Of a stretch of DNA of 24,778 nucleotides, positions 8,660 through 17,562 are shown piece by piece. The stretch is taken from contig JBNJGY010000029.1 in the NCBI GenBank assembly GCA_051748045.1, forward strand, positions 1 through 24,778. Reading direction: 5' to 3'. The DNA comes from Thermotogota bacterium. Its GTDB lineage: Bacteria; Thermotogota; Thermotogae; Petrotogales; Petrotogaceae. The translations under genes and the position numbers were made by a program. The first letter of the stretch is position 1. Every line of letters starts with the position of its first letter. Below the pieces are notes generated by a model, which had not been told where the DNA came from, made no database searches, and saw only the letters and a program-made list of their open reading frames with translations.

Positions 8660-10159
8660 ATGGGCTATATTAATGAATTAAAATCGAAAATGTCTGAGAT
8701 ATCTAAATATCAACAAGTTATGTCTCTTATGCATTGGGATTTGGAAACAGGAGCACCAAACAACAGTTTTGAATATACTTCTGATACTTTAGGAGAATTA
8801 TCTGCTCAACTTTACAGAATGGAAACATCTGATGAAATTGGTGATCTTATAGAAAAACTAACTACTGAAGAAGAGTTCCAAAAATTAGAAGAAGATGATA
8901 AAAGAATTGTTAAATTGGTACAAAAAGAATATAAGAGAACTAAAAAGCTTCCTGAAGATTTTGTCAAAGAATTTTCAAAGATCACATCAAAAGCTCAAAA
9001 GTTTTGGATAGATGCAAGAAAAAATAATGATTTTACTATTTTTCAACCTTATTTAGAAAAAATTGTGAAGATGAGTATTCAAGAAGCAGAATACGTTGGG
9101 TATAAGGAAAATAAATATGACGCGTTATTGGACATATATGAGCCAGGTATGACCACTAAAGAACTTAAAAGAATTATTGGTGATTTAAAAATCAAATTAG
9201 TTGACTTTGTTAAAGAATTATCTTCTAAAGGTACAAAACCAAAGGAAGACTTTTTATTTGAAAAATATGATGTAGATAAACAAAAGGATTTATCCTTGAA
9301 GGCACTTAAACTTATGAATTACAATTTCGATGCTGGTAGACTAGATATAGCTGCTCATCCATTTACAATTAAAATTAATCCAGGAGATGTAAGAATTACC
9401 ACCAGATATCAAGAAAAAGATGTTAGAGATTCTTTTTTCTCTACAATACATGAAGGTGGACATGCTTTATATGAACAAGGCATTTCTAATAAATATTCTG
9501 ATACTCCTTTATATGATGGAGCTTCGATGGGTATTCATGAGTCTCAATCAAGATATTGGGAAAATATTTTAGGAAGAAGTTATGAATTTTGGAAATATTT
9601 TTATCCAGAAATGCAAAATACTTTTAATCAATTAAAAGATATAGAATTAGATGATTTTTACAGAGCAATAAATGTTGTTGAAAAGTCTTTAATAAGAGTA
9701 GATGCGGATGAAGTAACTTATAACTTACACATTATGTTGAGATTTGAAATAGAAGAAGCTTTAATAAATGAAAAGATTAAAGTAGAAGATTTACCAAAAA
9801 TATGGAATGAAAAAATGAAAGAATATTTAGACATAGTTCCAGAAAATAATTCTGTTGGCGTACTTCAAGATGTACATTGGTCACATGGAAGTTTTGGGTA
9901 TTTTCCTTCATACATGCTTGGAAATTTATTTTCTGCTCAATTTTATAGCCAAATGAAAAAAGATATTCCAAATTATAATGAATTAGTAAAATCAGGTAAT
10001 TTAAAAACTATCTTAGATTGGCTTAGAGAAAACATTCATAAACACGGTAAAAAATATGAACCAAATGAATTATTAGAAAAAGTGACAGGTGAAAAATTGA
10101 ATCCTAATTATTTTATGGATTATTTAAAAGAAAAATATTCAAAAGTTTATAAAATATAA
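8660..10159 (+). CDS. Thermostable carboxypeptidase, family M32 (CPase Taq-like)
   Basis: HPF, DVRITTRY, HEGGHALYEQ, HESQSR-x-WEN, IRVDADE, G-x-LQDVHW and GYFPSY motifs. Confidence 0.96.
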   Translation: MGYINELKSKMSEISKYQQVMSLMHWDLETGAPNNSFEYTSDTLGELSAQLYRMETSDEIGDLIEKLTTEEEFQKLEEDDKRIVKLVQKEYKRTKKLPEDFVKEFSKITSKAQKFWIDARKNNDFTIFQPYLEKIVKMSIQEAEYVGYKENKYDALLDIYEPGMTTKELKRIIGDLKIKLVDFVKELSSKGTKPKEDFLFEKYDVDKQKDLSLKALKLMNYNFDAGRLDIAAHPFTIKINPGDVRITTRYQEKDVRDSFFSTIHEGGHALYEQGISNKYSDTPLYDGASMGIHESQSRYWENILGRSYEFWKYFYPEMQNTFNQLKDIELDDFYRAINVVEKSLIRVDADEVTYNLHIMLRFEIEEALINEKIKVEDLPKIWNEKMKEYLDIVPENNSVGVLQDVHWSHGSFGYFPSYMLGNLFSAQFYSQMKKDIPNYNELVKSGNLKTILDWLRENIHKHGKKYEPNELLEKVTGEKLNPNYFMDYLKEKYSKVYKI

Positions 10160-10189
10160 ATTAATAGGCAGCTTATGCTGCCTATTAAT
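10160..10189. terminator. Likely bidirectional intrinsic terminator between convergent M32 and rlmH genes
   Basis: Perfect 13-bp stem ATTAATAGGCAGC / GCTGCCTATTAAT with a TTAT loop, overlapping the rlmH stop codon. Confidence 0.75.
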
Positions 10190-10652
10190 AATGATATTTT
10201 TCGTTATTAAGTATTTTATTTATTCTATATAATTGCTCTGAAATTAATAAAACCGCCATTTCATGAGTAAAAGTCATGTTTGAAAGAGAAAGATTCATGT
10301 TAGAATAATTAAAGATTTCTTTACTATGACCCAAAGGTCCGCCTATAATAAAATTAATATCTTTTCTATTATAAGTTTTAAAATGATCTATTTTTTTTGA
10401 AAAAGAAACAGAATCTAATAATTCTCCTCTTTCATCTAGAACAATATTTGTAGAATTAGAGAGATACTTTTTATAATTTAGAAAATCCTTTGTTTTATAC
10501 TCATTGTCATTAATCTTTCCAAGATTTTTAGTTAGAGGTAAACAAATATAGTCAATTTTTATAAATCGTTGATTCCACTTTTTATATTGTTCTACACCAT
10601 TTTTAATAAATTTTGTTTTAATATCTCCTGTATATATTATTCTGAACTTCAT
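10185..10652 (-). CDS. rlmH: 23S rRNA (pseudouridine-1915-N3)-methyltransferase
   Basis: SPOUT motifs LDERG-x-x-x-DS-x-x-FS, FIIGGP-x-G, LSLS-x-MTFTHEM, EQLYR and C-terminal KYH. Confidence 0.93.
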   Translation of the reverse strand: MKFRIIYTGDIKTKFIKNGVEQYKKWNQRFIKIDYICLPLTKNLGKINDNEYKTKDFLNYKKYLSNSTNIVLDERGELLDSVSFSKKIDHFKTYNRKDINFIIGGPLGHSKEIFNYSNMNLSLSNMTFTHEMAVLLISEQLYRINKILNNEKYHY

Positions 10653-11527
10653 AAGCTTTTAATTATCATTTCCTCTATAGTTTTCACATTTTCAATTTTT
10701 GAGCCTGTAATCTGTCTAAAGGAATTTATTAATATAGCAGAAGTTAGAGGTGTTGGTACTTCAATTTTTTCTAATTCACATTCAAAATGTTCAATTATTT
10801 TTCTAACATTGTAGTATAAATCAATCAAATTTACATCATCAACTGAAGCGTTTACAGAAATAACGTATTTTTTATCAGATTTTTTATCTATGAAGAACGA
10901 ACCAGGAATCTCCATAACTAATTCTCTTTTTATTTGTTCAGCGAACCATCTGTTTTTTGAATTTATATAAAAGTCTAAATTAATTAAGAAGTCTCTAACT
11001 CCAACAATAGTCGCTCCTGCTTTTGGATGGGGTTCGTTTGTACCATAATCTGGTTTCCAGTTCTCATCTTTCATTTTTCTTTTTAAAGATTCAAATTCAC
11101 CCTTTCTAATATAACTAATATGTTTACGACTATTTTTATTTGCTGATTTTTCATAAGAATAAACAGGAATATTCAATTCTTGAGATATTTTGTTTGATAA
11201 GTTTGTAGCTATTGTACTAGCTTCTTCAACAGAAACATCCATGACAGGAATTAGAGGTATAACATCAACAGCGCCTATTCTTGGATGTTCTCCCTTATGT
11301 TGTGTTAAATCAATATTTTTTGAGCAATATTCAGTTAAATCAAATAAAAAATTCTCTACACAGCTAGGTTTTCCAGCTAAAGATAACATAGTTCTATTAT
11401 AATATTCGTCCATTCTTGTTCCCAAAATCCAAATATTATCATATTTTTCTGCTAATTTAACAATTTCATCAATTAGTTCTTTATTTCTACCTTCAGAAAT
11501 ATTAGGTACAGCTCCCAATAGCTTCAT
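10649..11527 (-). CDS. ftcD: Glutamate formiminotransferase-like protein (FT domain only; C-terminal subdomain divergent)
   Basis: VPNISEGR, H-x-GEHPRIGAVDVIP, IPVY-x-YE, IRKGEFE, KPDYG and HP-x-AGAT-x-VG-x-R are present. Canonical motifs are lost after about residue 185. Confidence 0.8.
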   Translation of the reverse strand: MKLLGAVPNISEGRNKELIDEIVKLAEKYDNIWILGTRMDEYYNRTMLSLAGKPSCVENFLFDLTEYCSKNIDLTQHKGEHPRIGAVDVIPLIPVMDVSVEEASTIATNLSNKISQELNIPVYSYEKSANKNSRKHISYIRKGEFESLKRKMKDENWKPDYGTNEPHPKAGATIVGVRDFLINLDFYINSKNRWFAEQIKRELVMEIPGSFFIDKKSDKKYVISVNASVDDVNLIDLYYNVRKIIEHFECELEKIEVPTPLTSAILINSFRQITGSKIENVKTIEEMIIKSL

Positions 11528-11536
11528 AAAAAAATT

Positions 11537-12637
11537 TCACCTCTTTAAATTTTTGTTGAGCATCATCCCTTTCACTGCTAACCCAAATAACAATGAATAA
11601 GTAAGAATGGTGCTTCCCCCATTTGAAATTAATGGTAAAGGTATACCAGTAACAGGCATAATTCCAAGATTCATACCTATATTTTCAAAAACATGGAAAA
11701 ATATAAGAAAACTACTTCCAGCATAAAAGTATTTCCAAAAAATATCATAACTCATTTTATACCCTCTATACAATCTCCATATTATTAAAAAATACACAAA
11801 TATTACCGAAAAAATCCCGATAAAGCCAAATTCTTCGCCTATCACTGAAATGATAAAATCAGTATGATCTTCTGGAACAAAATTACCAAGATTCATATAG
11901 CCATTCATGAATCCAGTTCCTGAAATCCCTCCTGAGCCAATAGCTTTTATTGCTTGAGTTGTATTGTAAGAAAAATCAGAATATAGATTAGGGAAAATAA
12001 AGCCTATTAGTCTTGCTCTTTGGTAATCATTTATTAAAAAAAACATCATTGGCGATATAGCAATCCCAGATATAACCAATGTTTTCCATAATATTTCAAA
12101 TTTTCCACTTAAAAAAGTAAAAACAAACCAAATAAATAAAACTATTAAAGTAGTTCCTAGATCAGGCTGTATATATATAAGACCAGCAGATAAAACAGTC
12201 AATATAGAAACTAAATAATAATTTGTTTTTTTTGAATCGCTTAAAACTTTAGATAAGTATAAAATTAAGAATAGCTTAAAAAATTCTGATGGTTGTATTC
12301 CGAATGGTCCAATATCAAGCCACCTTCTTGCCCCTTTAGTTTCCTCACCAATAATTAAAACCACTATCAATGACAATACAATCGCAAAAAATAAAATAGG
12401 GATAAAAGTTTTTATAGTTCTTTCAGGTATAAGTAATATAATAAAAAAAGCGATTATACCCACAATGTAAAATAATAATTGTCTTTGATCTGTTCCCTCT
12501 AAATATGAATTCAAGGTAGCTGATTTTACAGCGAAGTATCCAATAATAATTAAAATAAAGAATAGAATTGTTAAAATAAATTCATATCTAACATATCTTT
12601 CTTTTGTTTTTACGTTTTCTATTTTCAATAATGACAT
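11537..12637 (-). CDS. rodA: SEDS-family peptidoglycan glycosyltransferase RodA
   Basis: GARRWL, IQPSEF-x-K, QPDLGT, YQRAR, AIGSGG-x-x-G-x-G, PE-x-HTDFI, GEEFG, H-x-x-ENIGM-x-LG-x-MPVTGIPLP-x-x-S-x-GGS and about 10 TM segments. The GM/MPVTG signature favours RodA over FtsW. Confidence 0.88.
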   Translation of the reverse strand: MSLLKIENVKTKERYVRYEFILTILFFILIIIGYFAVKSATLNSYLEGTDQRQLLFYIVGIIAFFIILLIPERTIKTFIPILFFAIVLSLIVVLIIGEETKGARRWLDIGPFGIQPSEFFKLFLILYLSKVLSDSKKTNYYLVSILTVLSAGLIYIQPDLGTTLIVLFIWFVFTFLSGKFEILWKTLVISGIAISPMMFFLINDYQRARLIGFIFPNLYSDFSYNTTQAIKAIGSGGISGTGFMNGYMNLGNFVPEDHTDFIISVIGEEFGFIGIFSVIFVYFLIIWRLYRGYKMSYDIFWKYFYAGSSFLIFFHVFENIGMNLGIMPVTGIPLPLISNGGSTILTYSLLFGLAVKGMMLNKNLKR

Positions 12638-12670
12638 ATTAATCTCCTTCCATTACTTAAATCAGATTAT

Positions 12671-12679
12671 ATTATACCA
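12671..12679 (-). promoter_or_regulatory. Extended -10 element (TGgTATAAT) for the rodA-ftcD-rlmH unit
   Basis: Reverse complement of attatacca, 34 nt upstream of the rodA ATG, with an AAGGAG RBS between them. Confidence 0.5.
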
Positions 12680-12775
12680 TTTTAAAGAAATATTGAATAG
12701 AATGAAAAGATAATATTATAACAATTATTCTAAATTTAATTTTGTATAAATATATTCAAGATTATAAAATGATTA

Positions 12776-12784
12776 TGTTATAAT
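12776..12784 (+). promoter_or_regulatory. Extended -10 element (TGtTATAAT) for birA-hpt-PNP
   Basis: Exact TG-n-TATAAT 40 nt before ATG 12824, divergent from the rodA promoter. Confidence 0.5.
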
Positions 12785-12823
12785 TTATATAAAAAAACAG
12801 TAGATAAGCAAAAGGGTGTTTTT

Positions 12824-13555
12824 ATGATTGGAGATAGAACAATAAAACTTTATAGTATAGATTCAACAAATGCTTATTTAAAAAGAAATTATAAAGAGTT
12901 CCCTTCTGAAACTGTTGTTGTTGCAAAAAAACAAACAGATGGTTATGGAAGAAGAGGGAATTCTTGGGTGTCAGATTATGGAGGACTTTGGTATTCAACT
13001 CTTTTTAAACCACTTAAAAGGCCAATGAATCCTTGGCATTATGTTAGAATATTTTCTTTAGCGATATATGACACACTTGAAAAATATAGTATAAAGTCCA
13101 AAATAAAATGGCCTAATGATATTCTTGTAGATGATAAAAAAATATGTGGTATTGCATCAGAAGGAATTATCAAAGGGAAAAAACCTGAGGCTATTATTGT
13201 TGGTATTGGAATGAATGTCAACAACGACATCCCTGATGAATTAAAAGATGTTGCTATATCTTTAAAACAGTTAATAAAAAGAGAAGTAAAAATTGATAAG
13301 TTGCTATATGAAATAAATCATAGGGCTTACAATTCTTATTATGTGAAATATTTAAAAGATAAATCTGTTTCCATAATAACAAAAAAATGGTTAGAGAGAT
13401 TAAATATTTCCAAAGGTGATATGGTAAATATAAAATTCAGTGATAATATAGAAACAGCAAAGATTCTAGATATTACTCCAGATTATGTTTTAGTTTTAGA
13501 TAAAAATAATAATGAAAAAAAATTATATGCAGGTGATATAAGCATTAAGAAATAA
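12824..13555 (+). CDS. birA: Biotin--[acetyl-CoA carboxylase] ligase, class I (no N-terminal HTH)
   Basis: IDSTN, QT-x-G-x-GR-x-G-x-x-W-x-S, KWPNDI, KKICGI, GIGMNVN and C-terminal AGDIS. No DNA-binding domain. Confidence 0.92.
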   Translation: MIGDRTIKLYSIDSTNAYLKRNYKEFPSETVVVAKKQTDGYGRRGNSWVSDYGGLWYSTLFKPLKRPMNPWHYVRIFSLAIYDTLEKYSIKSKIKWPNDILVDDKKICGIASEGIIKGKKPEAIIVGIGMNVNNDIPDELKDVAISLKQLIKREVKIDKLLYEINHRAYNSYYVKYLKDKSVSIITKKWLERLNISKGDMVNIKFSDNIETAKILDITPDYVLVLDKNNNEKKLYAGDISIKK

Positions 13556-13567
13556 GGGAGGTTCAAT

Positions 13568-14080
13568 ATGGCGATAAAGACTCTAATATCTGAAGAAGAG
13601 TTAGAAAGTAAAGTAAAAGATCTTGGAAACAAAATAACTAACCATTATAAAGAAAAAACAGATGAAATAGTAGCTTTATGTGTTTTAAAAGGTTCTATTA
13701 ATTTTTATTCTGATTTAGTAAAGAGAATTGACTTGAATGTTTTATATAATTTCATTCAAGTATCAAGTTATTCAGGAACAAATACAACTGGAAGAATAAA
13801 AGTCAAAAGTTGGGTTGAAGAATCTTTAGAAGGTAAACATGTATTAATAGTAGAAGATGTAGTTGACACTGGTAATACATTAAAATATATAATAAAATAT
13901 TTGGAAAGACAAAATCCAGCTTCTATTGAAATTGCATCAATCGTAGTAAAAAATGTTTATCCTCATGGAATTAATGTAAAGTTCCCTGGCTTTGATATAG
14001 GTGATTATTTTATAATTGGTTATGGTTTGGATTATGATGAAAAATATAGAAATCTCCCTTATATAGGATATATTGAATAA
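13568..14080 (+). CDS. hpt: Hypoxanthine-guanine phosphoribosyltransferase
   Basis: VLKGS-x-x-F-x-x-DL, VSSY, PRPP loop LIVEDVVDTG-x-TL and GYGLDY-x-E-x-YRNLPYIG. Confidence 0.95.
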   Translation: MAIKTLISEEELESKVKDLGNKITNHYKEKTDEIVALCVLKGSINFYSDLVKRIDLNVLYNFIQVSSYSGTNTTGRIKVKSWVEESLEGKHVLIVEDVVDTGNTLKYIIKYLERQNPASIEIASIVVKNVYPHGINVKFPGFDIGDYFIIGYGLDYDEKYRNLPYIGYIE

Positions 14081-14097
14081 AACAAGGAGGAATAAAA

Positions 14098-14931
14098 ATG
14101 TCATTTAATATGGAAGAATATGTATCTAAAGTCAAAAGTGCTGCTGAATATTTAAAAGAAAATATTGATATACAACCAGATATAGCAATTGTTTTAGGAA
14201 GTGGATTACAAGGTATTTCAGAATCTCTAGAAGATCCAAAAGCTATTTCTTATGATGAAATACCAAATTTCCCTGTTTCTACAGCTCCAGGTCATAAAGG
14301 TGAAATGATATTTGGTAAGATAAAGAATAAAAACGTTATGTTAATGAATGGTAGATTTCACTATTACGAAGGATATTCTATGAAAGAAGTAACATTTCCT
14401 ATTAGAGTCATGCAAGAAATTGGGATAAAAACATTTATTGTAACTAATGCAGCAGGTGGAATGAATCCTAATTTTGAAAAAGGTAAACCATGTCTTATTA
14501 CAGATCAAATTAACTTCTTTGGAGATAATCCGTTATTGGGAGAAAACAATGAAAAATGGGGACCTAGATTCCCTGATATGAGTGAAGTTTTTTCAAAGAG
14601 ATTAAGAGATTTAGCAATAAAGGCTGCTAAAAATGTTGGAGAACAAATTTTTACTGGGGTTTACTTAGGTATTACAGGACCTACTTTTGAAACACCTGCA
14701 GAATTAAAAATGATGAGAAACTTTGGTGCAGATTTAGTTGGTATGTCTACAGTCCCAGAGGTAATTGTTGCTAGACACGCTGGAATGGAAATATTAGGGT
14801 TTTCAGCCATAACTGATATGGCTATAGCTGAAGGTTTAGAAGAAGTAACTGCTGATGATGTTATAGCTGTAGCAAATAAAACTGGTGAAAAAATAGCAGC
14901 TATTATTATGGAGTTAATTGAAAATATTTAA
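14098..14931 (+). CDS. punA: Purine nucleoside phosphorylase, trimeric (PNP I/XapA-type) family
   Basis: VLGSGL, IPNFP-x-ST-x-PGH-x-G, GRFHYYEGY, TNAAGG, GPRFPDMS, GP-x-FETPAE and GADLVGMSTVPEV. Confidence 0.93.
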   Translation: MSFNMEEYVSKVKSAAEYLKENIDIQPDIAIVLGSGLQGISESLEDPKAISYDEIPNFPVSTAPGHKGEMIFGKIKNKNVMLMNGRFHYYEGYSMKEVTFPIRVMQEIGIKTFIVTNAAGGMNPNFEKGKPCLITDQINFFGDNPLLGENNEKWGPRFPDMSEVFSKRLRDLAIKAAKNVGEQIFTGVYLGITGPTFETPAELKMMRNFGADLVGMSTVPEVIVARHAGMEILGFSAITDMAIAEGLEEVTADDVIAVANKTGEKIAAIIMELIENI

Positions 14932-14947
14932 ATTTAGATAAAATCAT

Positions 14948-14989
14948 GATACAATAGAAAAAATTTCTATTGTATCTTGTTTTTGTTTT
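14948..14989 (+). terminator. Intrinsic terminator after PNP
   Basis: 13-bp stem GATACAATAGAAA / TTTCTATTGTATC with a 3-nt loop, followed by TTGTTTTTGTTTT. Confidence 0.65.
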
Positions 14990-15002
14990 GGAGGGTTAAT
15001 TG

Positions 15003-15986
15003 ATGAAAAAAATATTCATCATAATTTATATCTTACTTATTTATATAATTTCTTTTTCTTACTTATCTGAATATAATCTTTTCTTTAAAAAACCAGGAAC
15101 ATTTTTTGATTATTCTTTTAATACTAATAAAGAATTAAGTATATCATTAGGTATAGTTGATAAATATAAAGTTATGGATTCTAAAGAAATTTTAAAAACA
15201 GTATGGTCACAAGAAAGAGATTTAATAGGTGGGCAATTACAAGTTGAATCAAGTTATTATACTCACGCAATATCTAGTTCAAATGCGCTTGGTTTATTAC
15301 AAATGAAATATATGACAGCTGAAGATTTGTATGTATATAACTTGTTCGATCCTTTTGATAATCTAAAAGGCGCTTTAGAATACCATGGCTATCTAAGAAG
15401 GTTATTCGGAGAAGAAAAAAAACAAATAGCTGCTTATCATGACGGGCCAGGAGCAATACAAAGAGCTGGAATGACTGAATCGGGCGAATTATACTATTTA
15501 AAAGTGAAAAAAGCTCAAAATAATTATCAAAATACAAGTATTTATTCACCTCAAGTATATGGAGTTAATTTAGATTTTTTAGGTGACGAAATAAATACTA
15601 ATTTTTATTATAATATTGCTTATAGAAAAATGGAATTATATACTCAATTAAATGCTAATATTTCAAAAAATAATGGTATAATAAATAGTGAAATGGGTTT
15701 GGAATATTCATTTTTGTATTATCCAAGGACTAATTTTGCTTATGGAATTAACAATTTGAATGGAGTTATTAGATTGGGGTTACCTTGGGAATTTTTTGTA
15801 TTAAAATTTAATAAAGAAAGTCAATTTTATTTCCAGAAGATAATTGGAGATAATTTTGTAATTAAAACAGATATAAAAAACAATTCTGCATACTTTGGTG
15901 CAGGTTTTCTTATTTATAATATAAAAAGCATGTTAGGGTATGAATTATTTGATAAAACATTATCTTTTGAAGTTCAAATTTATTGA
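15003..15986 (+). CDS. Exported lytic transglycosylase (SLT domain) flanked by amphipathic beta-strand regions
   Basis: Signal peptide (MKKIFIIIYILLIYIISFS). SLT motifs QVESS (catalytic Glu, codon 15246), A-x-S-x-x-x-ALGLLQ-x-x-x-x-TA, LFDP-x-x-N and AAYHDGPG. C-terminal half has alternating-hydrophobic strands ending LSFEVQIY. ATG 15003 preferred by RBS spacing. Confidence 0.8.
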   Translation: MKKIFIIIYILLIYIISFSYLSEYNLFFKKPGTFFDYSFNTNKELSISLGIVDKYKVMDSKEILKTVWSQERDLIGGQLQVESSYYTHAISSSNALGLLQMKYMTAEDLYVYNLFDPFDNLKGALEYHGYLRRLFGEEKKQIAAYHDGPGAIQRAGMTESGELYYLKVKKAQNNYQNTSIYSPQVYGVNLDFLGDEINTNFYYNIAYRKMELYTQLNANISKNNGIINSEMGLEYSFLYYPRTNFAYGINNLNGVIRLGLPWEFFVLKFNKESQFYFQKIIGDNFVIKTDIKNNSAYFGAGFLIYNIKSMLGYELFDKTLSFEVQIY

Positions 15987-16001
15987 GAGGGGTTATTTTG
16001 A

Positions 16002-17549
16002 ATGGGTGAAATTATTGAAAGAATAAAAGAATGGTGGAATAGCCAAACAAAAAATAGAAAAACAATTTATATTTCAATAGCTTCTGCCATATTGCTAATA
16101 ATAATAATTACTGTGATTCTTTCAACAAGAATTACTTATAAATTCTTGATGGGCGGAGTTACAGAGGCTAATGGCGGTAGAATAATAACCACTTTAGACG
16201 AAATGGGTATTAAATACAATATCAGACCATCAGGATCTATTTATGTTGACTATAACAATGTAGAAGAATTAAGAATGAGGTTAGCTACTCAAGGTGTTCT
16301 TGGAGGTACAAATCAAGGATACGAGTTACTCCAAAACCAAGGATTTGGTGCAACAAGTTATGATAAACAAGTTAATTACCAAATAGCCTTAGAAGGAGAA
16401 TTATCTAATACTATTTCATCAATAAGTGGTGTTCAATTTGCAAAAGTTCATCTTGTTATTCCACCTAGAACTTATTATCAAGTTGATGAAAATTCTGTAG
16501 CTAAAGCTTCTGTTTTATTAATGCTAGATAATAATTATAGGATGAAAGATGAGCAAATAAGAGGTATAGTTAATTTTTTAACAGGATCCGTTCAAGGGCT
16601 TACTTCCGAAAATGTTAAAGTAGTCGATAATTTCTCAAATAATCTTACTGACCAAATAGGTAGTTCAGAAGTTGGTAGTGCAGATACTAAATTTAAATTA
16701 AAGACTCAAATAGAAGATTACTATTCAAAAAAAGTTGAACAAAATCTACAATCTGTTTTTGGTCTAGGAAATGTAGTTGTTATATCTGAAATAAATTTAG
16801 ATTGGGAGAAATTAGAGGAAGAATCTAGACAGGTTGAACCAGTTGTTGATGAAGATGGAATAATACTTTCACAGCAAACTCAATCAGAAAGCTCTTCTTC
16901 AGGAGGGGAAGGTCAAGCACCTGGAACAACATCTAACATACCTCCTTTTACATATGAAACAGAAGAAAGTACAGGAGATTATTATAGCAGCAGTAATACA
17001 ATAACGAATTATGATGTTAATGAAATATACAGAAAGACTGTTCAAGATAAAAGTGGAGATATTTCAAATAAGAGTATCACAGTATTTATTGATTTTGCCA
17101 ATGCAAATATAACTGAAACAGATGAGTTGAGGACTCAAATTAATAAAGCCGTTTCAACAGCTGTCGGAACAATGGATCAAAATATAACTGTTTTATCAAT
17201 GGCATTTAACAGAGCTGCAGAAACTCAAAGAGCCCAATATGAACAAGACATACAAGAAAGAAATAAGAGAATTATTATGGTTATAACAATAATAATTGCT
17301 ATTGTTTTAATTACTTTCTTATTATATATTTTCACAAGAATTATTAAAAAGAGAAGAACATTCAAATTTATTGAAGAAAGAAAAAGAAAACTTGAAAATA
17401 GAGTTCAAGAAATAGTATCAGAAGGTGAAGAAGAAGAAATAGAAGAATATACACCTTCTCAAGAAGCGCAAAGAAAATTAGAAGATATTGTAAAGAAAAG
17501 ACCTGACGATGTTGCTGAAATTTTAAAATTATGGTTAAACTCCAAATGA
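16002..17549 (+). CDS. fliF: Flagellar MS-ring protein FliF
   Basis: Two TM segments, GYELL-x-x-x-x-FGAT, ALEGEL-x-x-TI, AKVHL-x-IP, ASVLL, ENV-x-VVD, G-x-x-PGT-x-SN, NY-x-V and C-terminal P-x-x-VA-x-ILK-x-WL. Confidence 0.96.
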   Translation: MGEIIERIKEWWNSQTKNRKTIYISIASAILLIIIITVILSTRITYKFLMGGVTEANGGRIITTLDEMGIKYNIRPSGSIYVDYNNVEELRMRLATQGVLGGTNQGYELLQNQGFGATSYDKQVNYQIALEGELSNTISSISGVQFAKVHLVIPPRTYYQVDENSVAKASVLLMLDNNYRMKDEQIRGIVNFLTGSVQGLTSENVKVVDNFSNNLTDQIGSSEVGSADTKFKLKTQIEDYYSKKVEQNLQSVFGLGNVVVISEINLDWEKLEEESRQVEPVVDEDGIILSQQTQSESSSSGGEGQAPGTTSNIPPFTYETEESTGDYYSSSNTITNYDVNEIYRKTVQDKSGDISNKSITVFIDFANANITETDELRTQINKAVSTAVGTMDQNITVLSMAFNRAAETQRAQYEQDIQERNKRIIMVITIIIAIVLITFLLYIFTRIIKKRRTFKFIEERKRKLENRVQEIVSEGEEEEIEEYTPSQEAQRKLEDIVKKRPDDVAEILKLWLNSK

Positions 17550-17562
17550 GGAGAGATTAAAA

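Noticed and set aside
471-12785. Identical 14-mer ATTATGTTATAATT at 471-484 and 12772-12785
   Set aside because: Explained by the extended -10 consensus in an AT-rich genome, so it is not evidence of a shared regulon or repeat family.
12638-12823. Possible ncRNA, riboswitch or BirA operator in the largest intergenic region
   Set aside because: Very AT-rich with no stable stems, accounted for by two divergent promoters, and this BirA lacks a DNA-binding domain.
9777-15549. Short ORFs 9777..9971, 10569..10814, 11190..11402, 13039..13230 and 15274..15549
   Set aside because: They lie antisense within well-supported genes and have the F/I/L/S-rich composition expected from the reverse strand of AT-rich coding DNA.
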